DNA of 64,000 nucleotides from Haplodiscus bocki (Eukaryota): NCBI GenBank assembly GCA_965655095.1, contig OZ296658.1, positions 34,844,001 to 34,908,000 of the forward strand, read 5' to 3'. Shown piece by piece: positions 13,410 to 25,020 of this stretch (position 1 is its first letter; each line of letters starts with the position of its first letter). The notes under the pieces were generated by a model. It saw only the letters and a program-made list of their open reading frames with translations, ran no database searches and was not told where the DNA came from. The position numbers and the translations under genes were made by a program.

Positions 13410-14525
13410 CAAATAGCCCAAACAAATCAATTCATTGAGTTCGTTACTGGACGTACTTTAACACCACGCAACCCACCATTACACCAATATCAGAACCTGT
13501 CAACACAAGTATCACAAGGCAACAATTTACCAATAGTTGAACAAACACCAAGAAATCAAAACTCAGATGCAAATAATTCCATTAATCGTCTAGCTGAAGC
13601 AATTGCAGGAATTGCAACCCAACAACGACCACAAGCAGCTACAATGCTCATACCAGTATCTACAGAAACATTATTTTCGATCGCAAAAACGAGAAATTTG
13701 AACTCTTTGAAGATCTATTTCACACAATGCTCAAAATGCAACCAGAAATGACGGAAGCCATGAAAACTAACCATTTTCACGCCCATTTACGAAAAGAAGC
13801 ACTTCAAACAATTAGAAATATTAGTGCATCAAACAAAAAAACTCTTGATGAAGTGCTAATTGTGTTCCGACGAAAATATGTCAAGCCAGAATCACAAGCT
13901 AAAGCCAAAAACAAATGGCACAAACTCACATTCAATCCCAATACAAAATCACTTCCTGGCTTCTTGGAAGAACTCAACGAATGTGCCGAAATAACGTTCG
14001 GTGACAACGCCCAACATATGATTGACAGTCTATTCTACGCAAAATTACCACCCCATTTGTAACGATCAATCACCTTGAAAATGGCACATACGACCAAATT
14101 GTTACACATCTCGAAAAAGAGTTAGAACTCAGTGGTTCGGAAAATGATGGGGAGCTGACAATACCCACAATGACAGCAGTACCCGCACATGACAACCAAC
14201 AAAACACTGAACAAACAAAAGTGACATGCGACTATTGTAGAAAACCAGGCCACGTTATCCGAGATTGTCGTAAAAGGATGAGAAAGGAACAAGAACAAAG
14301 AAATGATCCTTCGAACCAAAACATGAAACCTTCGACATCTAAATCATTTGCACCCTGTCCTCATTGCCAACGGACAAACCATCCACCAGAAAAATGTTGG
14401 AGTGGTCCCAATTCAGCAAAAAGACCCAAACGATTCAAACAGGAGTATCTAGTAGACAATCGAAATGATGGGCAAGAACAAGGAAACTTGACCCATTCAG
14501 GACCTTCATCAGTTCTCAAAAACCC

Positions 14526-14532
14526 TTTAAAA
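14526..14532 (+). other. -1 ribosomal frameshift slippery heptamer U UUA AAA at the gag/pol junction
   Basis: X XXY YYZ pattern in the gag frame directly before the gag stop TAA (14533-14535). The -1 frame reads FKIKKPRLQWADYTSVRQYV... and is in frame with ORF 14700-15008. Confidence 0.8.
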
Positions 14533-17500
14533 TAAAAAAGCCACGACTCCAGTGGGCAGATTACACATCAGTCAGACAATATGTTATATCTGACCCACCT
14601 CCTATAGTATACCATCCTCATCAAACGCTGAACACAGGAATTCCATCAGTTGTCTGGCAGCAACAAATGGAAAAAGCCTATATATGAAGATATAATGATA
14701 TGCACATAATCCATAAAACTTTTCCAACATACGAATACGACAACACCGACAACTTCGAAATTCCATTTAGACCTCTTCCAGAAGCTGTTGCATACGAGGC
14801 ATACTTCGTTGATCCTCAATACGGAATTGATCCCTATTGGGATGAAGAATTATATGATCAAGACAAGTTGGAGTACAAAGATACTTACAATAAACCTAAT
14901 GACCAAATTGAATGTGATGACTTGATTACGGATGCACATGTATCAGACGCACTACGATATGCATTGATAGATTTGTGGACAGTGAACCCACATTTACCTG
15001 ATACATAAGCATTACCAAACTTTCAGCCGAGACACGAAATCAACAGATGCAAACAGCAATCATCGACGACCAAATTTTACCACAACTCCAGGTAACACCA
15101 GACGGACTCACAAGGTTTTTCCCGCTCCTAACAATTTTGCCTTTAAAGATTAAGCGAGAAATGCTTCTTTTTCCAATGGATTTCGGGGAGTTAAACATTG
15201 ACGGGCTCATAGATATAGGTGCTTTGTCAAGCGCCAATACGGAAGCCGACTGACGCAAAATTCGATTATTGGCTCCACATACAATATTAAATGAAGGCCC
15301 ACCATCTGAGTTCCAAATTATGGTTGCCAATGGACAGTTAGAAGCACCCATTGCAGCAGTAGAATTGCAATTCGAAGTCGGTGACATTACATTCAGAGAA
15401 AAGTTCATAGTCATGACAAATCTCACAGGCCCTTTGATCGATCTCTTATTCCTACAACGCGACAGTACAATACTCGATATGCGTCAGGGAATCCTAAATT
15501 TTCCCTTCTTTTCAATGCAATTGAAAAATGAAGACCGGACATACCCAAAGGTTATTGAACCCATACTAAACCCAGTAGAAACCATACTTCAACCAGGAAA
15601 ACGAACCACAGTTTGGGTAAAATCACAGACTTACACAAAAAATGAAGCGACAGGAATAATTCAACCTGCGCCACTTCGGGAGAACGACCAAGATCTTCCA
15701 ATCTGTCCAGCAATTTCGTCAATTCAGAATAACGAACATATGGTCCAAATTAACAATTTTCTGGACCACCCTTACACCCTCAAGAGACAACGCACATAGC
15801 GAATTTCTCCATAATGACTCCGGAACAAACAAAACACATTCGACCAGTCAATCCTACCTCAGTGAGATACCTTCTGAATAACAATCTTGACGATGCTATT
15901 CATTACATAAATAGCTTTTTGAAATCATCCAAGACCAATGAAGTCAATGAGACCTATTGGTTCCCAACGTCACAACAGCCGGGCAATCAGAAGGACCATA
16001 CGCCCATTCAGACACGTATTCTCAACGAATTACGGGAGCTGGAACAATTCGAGAAGTTAAATCCATTAGAAGACAATAACTCCCGAGATCAGTTTCTATC
16101 AAATTTCGGTTGGACAGATTCCACCTTACAACTGGATGCCAAACAAGCCGCTGAAAACCTACTTGTGGAATTTCACGACATCTTTGCACGGCACCGTTTT
16201 GACATCGGGATTAATAGAGAGTTCAAAGTACAACTCACACCGTTAGACAACAGGCCTGTTTACAGTCAAAGCCTTCCTGTGCCCATTAACCTCAAGGACG
16301 ATATTCTTGTGGAACTAGCCCTTTTACACAAGTACCGTATCATCACGACACAACCCTTCACCAAATATGCTGGTCCAATATTCGCACAAAAGAAACCAAA
16401 TGGTAGACTACGCCTTTTGGTTGACCTCCGGAAAATTAACACACTTACCGCAGATGATTACAATAACAACCACCATCCGGTCAGCACAATAACGGATGCA
16501 ACACAGCATATGGCCTGGAAAAACTTGTTTTGCAAACTTGATTGTTCCCAGGCGTATCACTGCCTTCAAATGGCCGACCAGCAATCAATCGAACTCCTTG
16601 CATTCAACTTCGCAAGTAGAAAATTTGCATACCGAAGATTGGCACAAGGACTTAGCCGTTGCCTATCGGCATTTTTGAGCTTCATACGCGAATACCTCGA
16701 TCCAGTCATCAAAACCGATCAATGCGCACAATATTTCGACGATATTGGCATAGCCAGCAATAACCCTGAACAACTGATCAAAAACCTACGAGCAGTTTTC
16801 CAGTGCCTGCGGAAAGCTGGCCCTAAACTCAGCATGGCCAAATGCCATTTTGGGGTACAACAATTAGATTTCCTCGGACGAACAATAACAACCAACGGAG
16901 TAGCCCCACAAAAGCAAAAGATTGCCAAATTCCTCGAAAAAGTCAGGTTCCCACGATCCAAAAGTACTTCAAAGTTACATTGGATTTTTGAAATAATACC
17001 TAAAATGCATACCTAGATTGGCCAAACAGCTCACCCCATTCTTCCAACTACTCAAAACAACTCATACCAAAACCAAGATTCTGATCACCCCTGATATCAT
17101 AAAAGAGTTCAGGGAAATAAACGAAGCTCTAGACCGATGTTGCCAGCTGGCATTACGTCAGCCATTACCTGGTAAACAACTGGTCCTCATGACCGATGCA
17201 AGCTTTCAAGCAGCTGGTTATGCAGTGTTAATAGAAGACAACCCGAAGCAAAAGTACACTTCAACACGCAAAACTTACGCTCCTTTAGCTAATGGCTAAA
17301 AACATACTCACCATCCCAAATCAAAATGTTCACCCACGCAAAAGAAATTTTAGCCAATTACATGGCCTTCAAAGAAGTTGGACATATGTTTTGGGGTGCC
17401 ACTAAACCAGTGATTATCATGACCGACAGGAAATCAGTCACTAGATTTTTCCAAACAAAAAGGATTCCTCCACGTTTACGGAGTGCCTGCAACTTCGTAC

Positions 17501-18903
17501 TGCAATTTAATTTTACTATTGCACGCATCCCAGGAAAAATGAACACTGCAGCAGATTTCTTATCTCGATTAGAAATGGATCCAAACGAAAAAATATTATT
17601 AAAAATCAGAGAACACATTCCAACAAAACCAATTGAAGTAAACATTGAATCTACAGGCATTGCACAAGAAGAACCGGTCTTCGTTGATACCACAGACCAA
17701 GAACAGACCACAGAAAAAGAAATTTGGACTCGTAAGGAAAAAGCGCGAAATGCCATACCTAACGATCCACCAGTCATCACAGTGTCGTGTTACTACACAA
17801 GTGACCCACACAAATATACAACAATTGTGAACATAGCACAATTAATGAAACAATCACGTATACTCATCGAACAAGACTCAGATCCAACATTACTAAACTT
17901 CAAACGAGAAATGTTGGGATTACCATTTGACGAAGAGATCTTATTAAATCGTCCCACACAATATTCCAGATCACAAATTTGGATTACGATTTAATCCCAA
18001 TACCACACCTACTACAGTATTTGCAGAAGAATTACTGCGCAGAACCAGAATCCTATATGACAAAACCATGAAAAATTTCATGCCGTCTTATGTCAAATAC
18101 AGAAGGTATTACGACAAAAAAACAAAAGCTTCACCTTTGAAAGAAAAAGATTACTGCTTTATACTTCAGCCAAAAGCGGACCACCAAGGGTCAAAAATAC
18201 CGTTTCGTGACTTCCGTTGGATTGGTCCCCATTTAGTAGAAAAGGTCCTACCGAACAATAATTATGTCGTCCGAAAACTTATTACAAACAAAACTCAAAT
18301 CCTAAACAGAATCCGTCTCAGAAAGTATAATCCTAAAAAACCTCCGGAAGACAACTATCAGGAAGCTCGATGGCAGATTGACGATAATATCGTTGTCCCA
18401 CAAAATGATTTATTCAAAATTTCATGGGAAGCGGAATTTGGTGGACACCTATTTGACATTCCTATCATACATACTGATCCTAACGCAATTGATTTTGATG
18501 AAAGTTACACACAGGGACCAGATACCGTTATTGTCCCACTTTCCTATTTTCATGATTTTCAAGCGATGGTCAAAACCGGGAAACACGCCCCATTTCTGAC
18601 CCATCTGTACCACAATCTTCAAAACCTAAATCGAATGATCAAAGTCAGGACATTGAGACCACTACAGACCGAGCTCAAAATGATACTTCCGAGCAAATAT
18701 TCGAACCAAGCACCGACACTGAAACTACATATAAACCTGTGACACAACCACCTTTAAGGCAGAGTAATAACCCTTCAACGCTTGAGATCAATGACCCTAC
18801 TACCGAAAATACCCCGCAAAACGTACCTAGTCATTCTAGAGGCGGCAAATACAACTTACGCCCTAATCATAATCCTAATTACTCAGAAATATACAGATAT
18901 TGA
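14526..18903 (+). pseudogene. pol: pol: acidic leader, aspartic protease, dUTPase-like spacer, RT, RNase H, integrase with deleted core
   Basis: Protease LIDIGALSSA (15047-15253); RT GRLRLLVDLRKIN, KLDCSQAYH, QYFDDI (15814-17016); RNase H LMTDASFQAAG (17018-17299); integrase C-terminus RWIGPHLVEKV (18068-18742). No HHCC or DDE core is present. Confidence 0.93.
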
Positions 18904-19088
18904 CGTGTGCAAAAATTTATTCAAGCCCTTTTTCGTGTGCTATTCTCACTCTCTAAATTTTCCGCACACACACCCAACATTTGCTTGTTTCTTTCTTTTT
19001 GGGGCAAAACTATATAAATACTAATCAACAATGATTAAACAAAAGAACAAAGCAGAGTCTATATTGCATACATAAAGTCGTGATATCT

Positions 19089-22000
19089 TTATTCATTGTC
19101 TCTACGTTTTTTTGGCGAACGCAGCTTGCTTACCAACGCGGAAGCAGTACTAGCACGACTTGTCTTTCCAAGGTCGATTTTGGGGGCCTGAACTGGAGTG
19201 CGACGTTGCATAGCCAATTTCCCAGGACTCTGCAAAACTGTACTCATTGAACTCGTATCTACTTCACTAGCGACACGAACAGCTTTGTGAGCTTTTGACA
19301 ATTCCTCCACAATGCCAGCCCTCCCATGAAAATCGTCACTGCCCCATGGATTATACCCAGCTCGAGGAGCCTGATCTCTAAAATTATCCACTAGCTCCAC
19401 ACACTTTGCAATCGAATCCGATTCCGTAAATAAATTGTTTTCCAATTTACCACATTACAAATAACCTTGTAAAGGCTCAATTACGGAAGACAAATCGACA
19501 CTCTCCATCCACTCATCGGGTAATTGAGTCCCACGCATGGCAAAACTGGACAAATGCGACCAAGACACAAATAGCATAGTTTAAAGACGTGCAGCGTATA
19601 TTCCTGGCGGGCCATCTCAGGACACTTTGCCAAAATAGTGACCATATCATCAATGACCGGCCCACTAATCACATTGTCTAGATACACATGGCACTAATTG
19701 TCAATAAACTCCACATAGTCATCCATATGGACATTTTTCAACTCCTTTACTAACCACCCACGAGAACTAAAACTTTAAACTTTCAAACAGTTGACGATAA
19801 CACTCAATAGCCTGAGATCGAGGCAAAACAAACAAGGTTGAGTAATCAAAGCTCGCCATTCCCATACCTAAATCTGACTTGAAAGATGGGTGTTTAATCA
19901 ACTCCTTGGCAACATAGCGAATGTATGATCGCCCAGTCTCAATAAATGGATTGAATGTAGCCCCAATTACAGATCGTGCAACAGCCTCTGATGGTTTTTG
20001 GCGCTTAGATCTTTCCCGCTCCACATCAAATTTTGATTTCGGTACCCGCATAGCCTTCGTCCGAAATTCAGTCTTCTCCATGAAAGGTGGCACGTCTAGA
20101 AATTTTGTATCGATGAAGTCATATTGCCGCAACGCCTCCCAATCATTTTCGTCAGGCAATGTGTCATGCTCCACGATCCGTCGCAACAAAAGATGAAAAA
20201 AATTCAACATCTGCCCACACAGAAAGAATCCTTGGTCACGCTTTGGACATAGTGACCGTTTGAACGCCTCACGATAATCCTGCACAATTACTTTGAACAA
20301 CTCCAGTCTGCATTCAAAAAATTCGTCTCCCATCACTTGCACATCGAAAGCCTGACCCTGTAACATCCCCAAAGTATACGTCAAACCATACAAACATATT
20401 GGCACCAACAATTTAAGTAAACTTACCCCCCCTTGCACTTTCAGAAATTCTTGCCGCTGACCAGTCTCACTAATATACGACACTGTTTGGGCCTAATGAC
20501 TGAGCATTTCCTGCACGACAAGAAATGCAGAATGCAAATCCAGACTTGCATCTTCAAGAGCCTTAAACACACAACTACCACTCAACCCAAGGGACATAGA
20601 CCTGTGACTATTAAACATCCCAGCAATAAACCTAAGCTTTCGCAAATATCGGTCGACTGCACCCAAGGCTCATCCAACATCCCGGACAGACGTACTAGCA
20701 GTGTCCTCAACATCGAAAAAATGTCTATCTTTCCCATGACACTAAAACTCAGTTTATGCATCAGTTTCTCTACTTGCACGGGATTCAAACTGAAAAAGTA
20801 CTGCACTCCAGCTTTTCGCGTCGGGTCTCTATCAAGGGTTTCAATCAAATCGCTATCCGCACCACCACAATACACAATCGTAGGACCCATTGACACAACA
20901 CACAGCAAATGACCAACCATTGATACATTGCCCTTCACCACAGGAACATCTCTTCTACAGTGAGTCAGTGCCATCATCACGAGATTTTTCCCTTCCCAGA
21001 AACACAAACTTAGACTGCGACGGACTGCTGAACATTTGAACTCAAGAGAAAGCACACCTTTTTTGCCAACCACGTCAGCAATGTGCCTCATCAACTCCAT
21101 GAACAAATGATGAAGAATCGCCTGAAAAAACACAGTCAAAATAATTACCTATGGACTGATTTTTTCCCTCACAAGGCATACCAAACTAATTAACTAGGTC
21201 AAATTATGGTCATGCTGCCCCTCATTGACTTTTCTTTCATTCCCTGTTGTCATTAGTATTTTCTTCATAGTAAACTATTACATGAAATCACTCCATACTA
21301 ATCGATATAGGCGATGGACTCCAATTAAAGTCAGCGGTTGCAGCTGAATGCCCTGTCACAACACCAGCTTGAGTCCAATAAGCATCGAGAGCTCACAGTT
21401 GGCCACCACTCTTCAAAAATATCAGCGAAAGTTCAATCTGGAATCGGATGCTAGACGACTCTGTGGTGAAAGTGAAAGGCTTCCCCTCAATCACATCATA
21501 ACAAAACGGACGCTTATAGCATAAATAAGGCACATCAATCTCCATAAACTGCTCGCGCTCTTTTTTCCAACTTCACACCGTACAAAACTCGGGCATCTCT
21601 TCCTCGCACCTTGCTAGGACAATACCTTTCACGGAAACGCTGATCAATTCGCAGATGACCATCACGTTGATAGTGCCTCTTCAACTCGTGAAAGCCTCGT
21701 GACTTCATGGAAATGTTCTTCTTACTCAACCTACAAAAGCAACAATGTCTATTCTTCAAAGGATCTTCAGGCCCAGTGGCGAAAACTTTTGCAAATTGTG
21801 CAAATGCTAACATCTCCTCCGTAAACACGTACCCACCGCTTTCTTCTCCACACTTTAGAAGAGGATTTGGACGGCCTTTTCTCGACCGCCGGAATGGGTC
21901 ATTCGCCTTTTTCACCACTTCTGTTTTTATTTCATGCATAGTCTTTAAGCTATCAGTCCCAGTTTTATCATGAACAATCGGCACACTAGACAAAGCCTCG

Positions 22001-23440
22001 TCAACCTGGCGACTTGAACATGGTTCTTGGGAACCCGTTGCAACCTCCTCACTCCGCGCAGACTCGGTTTTGGTCGGCAACGAACACGCAGAACGTGATG
22101 CCACACTTTTCCAACGCTTGTCCCGGCACAACTAGAGAACGATGATCTATTGGACGCCTTTCCTCTACCTCTACCAATCAGATTAGCTTTCAAAAGCAGG
22201 TCCTCCAACATCCCAATTGACGCTAAAGACACTTCTAAACCCACAGCCCTGGCAAATTAAATCATCTGGTCTGCACTGAAACTTGTTGTCTGATGTGTCG
22301 CATCCAGTCGAGTGGGCGGATTATGTTCGAAAAAGTCCTTCAAAAAACTTTTTGCAGACTGGCTCGGATAATACTTCGTTCGAGAAGCATTAGCATTCGG
22401 TAGCCCTCCCGAGGAACTTACTGTAGGAACACACACTATTCCATCGCTCGACACTATATGAGAATCGGGCTCCAATTCCTGCGCTTTTGCCCGAGCCATT
22501 ATTTCCAACTCCGACAAGCCGAATTCAGTCAATGTTCTATCTGCTCTGTCACTGCTGAGACACGACTTCCCCGCATTTACTCTCCCAATATCACTTCGAA
22601 AAGCCATTCTTTCTTCATCGCTCCCATCTCCAATTTCGAAGGCAACAATTTCCGGTCGTAACACACATTCTGCTTCAGTACCGGATCCTTTAGCTTTCCG
22701 TTTACCACTCGCATGAACAACACTTTTTGATGGCGTCGAAGTCCGATTGCCACTCTCCAAGTCCATGACATTGTCCAGAAAGGTCACAGTTTCTGTAAGA
22801 TGACCAATAGCCACTCCTCCCCCAACACCTTCGGATCGTTCCTCCTCTAACCCAGTCTCAAACTGTACAGGAACATTCTCAGTCAGCTGGCGTAATCCAC
22901 CGTCATCTAGCACTTCCAAATTTTCACCAAGCAAATGACTCACAATAATCTGACTTTAATCACGACTAAAACTTTGAACGCTCTCAACAACATCACGCAA
23001 GTTGGCTACAACGACCCCTTCGGCTGACTCTTTGCGAAAATCACAAACTGGCATTACTTCTAAATGAACTAGTCTTTTCTCTGGAGACTCACCGCCATCA
23101 CTACATACTGCATCTGATTCGCTTCTTCGGGAAAGATCTGGGAAGTTCTATTTCCTTTCAGTATTGCTGTCCTTCAGTTCGTTGGATTCGTTTTCTAAAC
23201 AAAGGAAGCTAATAAATTTCCGTGGCAACATGCCAGCATATTCGCCCATTTCGAAAATCGGATATCCGTAAACGGAAGCACGTGCTCGTTCAAACCCAAA
23301 TCTATTACGTGTTCTCCTAATAGTGAAGAGAGGAAAATTGATCTGGTCAAGCAATTAAATTGCTTTCACTCGTCAGGTAGTTCCTGATTCGACATATTCC
23401 AACATAACAAATAGAATCAAAAAAGCAATACTCACCCTAT
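19089..23440 (-). pseudogene. Large antisense, apparently spliced accessory gene of the retrotransposon with a BED-like zinc finger
   Basis: Abutting minus-strand ORFs 23148-23354, 22257-22943, 21945-22244, 21535-22131, 20582-21139, 19767-20483, 19481-19687 and 19089-19445, joined by single stops or frameshifts. Motif FCRLSKKNISMKSRGFHELKRHYQRDGH. AT-rich intron-like gap ~21125-21300 ending TTTTTTCAG; GTGAGT donor near 23435; AATAAA overlapping the stop. Confidence 0.75.
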
Positions 23441-23628
23441 TGTTAATAGCGAAAAAATCTTCTGTATCTCCACAAAAACCAACTACTCCTCTACTCGACT
23501 CCAACACAAGTTGACAGAACTCCAAAACAAGTCCAAAACACTCAGTAAACAATCATTAAACAAAGCAATCAACAATATAAAAAAAACAAGATACAATAAC
23601 AAATAACAATTCAAATGTAAACAATTTC

Positions 23629-23642
23629 AGAAGATGGGGGAG
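23629..23642 (+). other. Polypurine-tract-like sequence AGAAGATGGGGGAG, displaced 1.28 kb upstream of the 3' LTR
   Basis: 13 of 14 bases are purines with a G run; it is the only PPT-like stretch I see in the 3' internal region. Confidence 0.45.
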
Positions 23643-24201
23643 TCGTGGCTGTACAATATAGATTTTGTCACATTATGGTAACTATTGACACGATATTACC
23701 TATCTAACATTATCTACATTTTTACTATAAAGGTCAACTTCTGCCAGAGTTGCCTAACAAAGGACCTTTATCAAATTCATTTTTCATTTCACATATAAAT
23801 CTCATTCACTTTTTTTACTTTTCATTAAAAGTATCATACTTTACGTTGATTGGCTCTTACCATTACAAAAGGTGAGCTTGCACTCATCAAAGTGAAGTGC
23901 CGCTTCAACTTCATCAACATAATCACTCATGGTTATTGATGACCACTTAAAACTCGAGTTTTAATATCGCCATGAAATAAATTAGTTACAATCAAACATG
24001 ATTCCTTTTAACCTAAGCGCCTTAACCCGAGCAACCCCCTCCCTTCAACGAAAGGCAAAAACCCGCGAAATTTCTCCACGAAAACTTTTTAAAATATTAA
24101 CCTTATATTCATTCATATTTTCAAGTTTCATTCTAATCAGTCGCTTCAATTCAAAAATATTCTCTCCAACCACGGTGTTACAATATTTCAAAAAGAAAGC
24201 C

Positions 24202-25020
24202 ATGGCTGAAATGAACTCTCAATTTAACCTTGATGGAGATCAGGAAATGGAAACACAACCCATTTACCTATCCAGTGATGAGAGTGAAATCGCTTCACCC
24301 CACTCATCACCTACCCGACAGCTGCCAAACAACGTTCCTGATACGTACAGTGCCATAACCCAACTAATAGCAGCACAACACGAACAAATGTCATTGTCCG
24401 GCACCTCTGCCTTACAATATCCAACCACCCCGCCAACTTCGTTGATCTCCGATGACGAGAATGATGAGGTGCTCACCCCAATAATTGGCAATCCCGCCCA
24501 GTTCTCACCGTATATTGCGAATCGCCACCCTATCTCTCTCCAATTATGCCAACAAACAACACCCATCCCATATACGCCAGAATCGCCAACTCTAGAAAAT
24601 CGTGGGCAATCAGACACCTTTCGTCCTTACGATATTCCCAAAACAACCGTCCTCAATTTTATTACACAACTCCCCATTATCACGACAGTAGCTGATGGAT
24701 TGCAAAATTTGACATTGCATCCCCATCCACAACGCAATAAATGGGTGACAGGATGTTTGGTCAGCGGAAAATCCTACGACCAAGTCAGAGAAGAAACTGT
24801 TGCCATATATCTCAACCAGACAGCGCAACCAGGGTAGACAGTACGAGAACGCCAAATCAAAAGAAATGCTTTCATTGACGGTATTCAGAGTGGCGCCTTC
24901 ACATTCCTCCTCCCCGGAGTGTCGCAGGATGCCGCCTGTGGCTACCTGGTCTCCTCCGTTAAAAACAATAGACAAAACTCGGGATCACAAGGATACGCGC
25001 TGCCCTTATTTGAAGATTAA
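24202..25020 (+). pseudogene. Third sense ORF (Pro/Ser/Thr/acidic, ~272 codons, one internal TAG) ending inside the 3' LTR
   Basis: Reads MAEMNSQF...KWVTGCLVSGKSY...QPG*TVRERQIKRNAFIDGIQSGAFTFLLPGVSQDAACGYLVSSVKNNRQNSGSQGYALPLFED* in a single frame. The LTR-encoded tail is conserved at protein level in the other LTR copies. Confidence 0.75.

Larger units (their letters stand above)
12834..14535 (+). pseudogene. gag: gag, starting inside the 5' LTR; interrupted by stops and frameshifts; two CCHC zinc knuckles
   Basis: ORFs 12834-13019, 13026-13751, 13727-14062 and 14170-14535; knuckles CDYCRKPGHVIRDC and CPHCQRTNHPPEKC. Confidence 0.92.

Noticed and set aside
13016-17841. Minus-strand ORFs opposite gag/pol (13016-13390, 15040-15426, 17358-17780 etc.) and similar shadows of the toxin gene
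   Set aside because: These are antisense shadows of real coding frames with no independent motifs.
23998-25020. ORF3 as an env gene
   Set aside because: It has no convincing signal peptide from the likely start, furin site or transmembrane anchor, is too short, and is Pro/Ser-rich.
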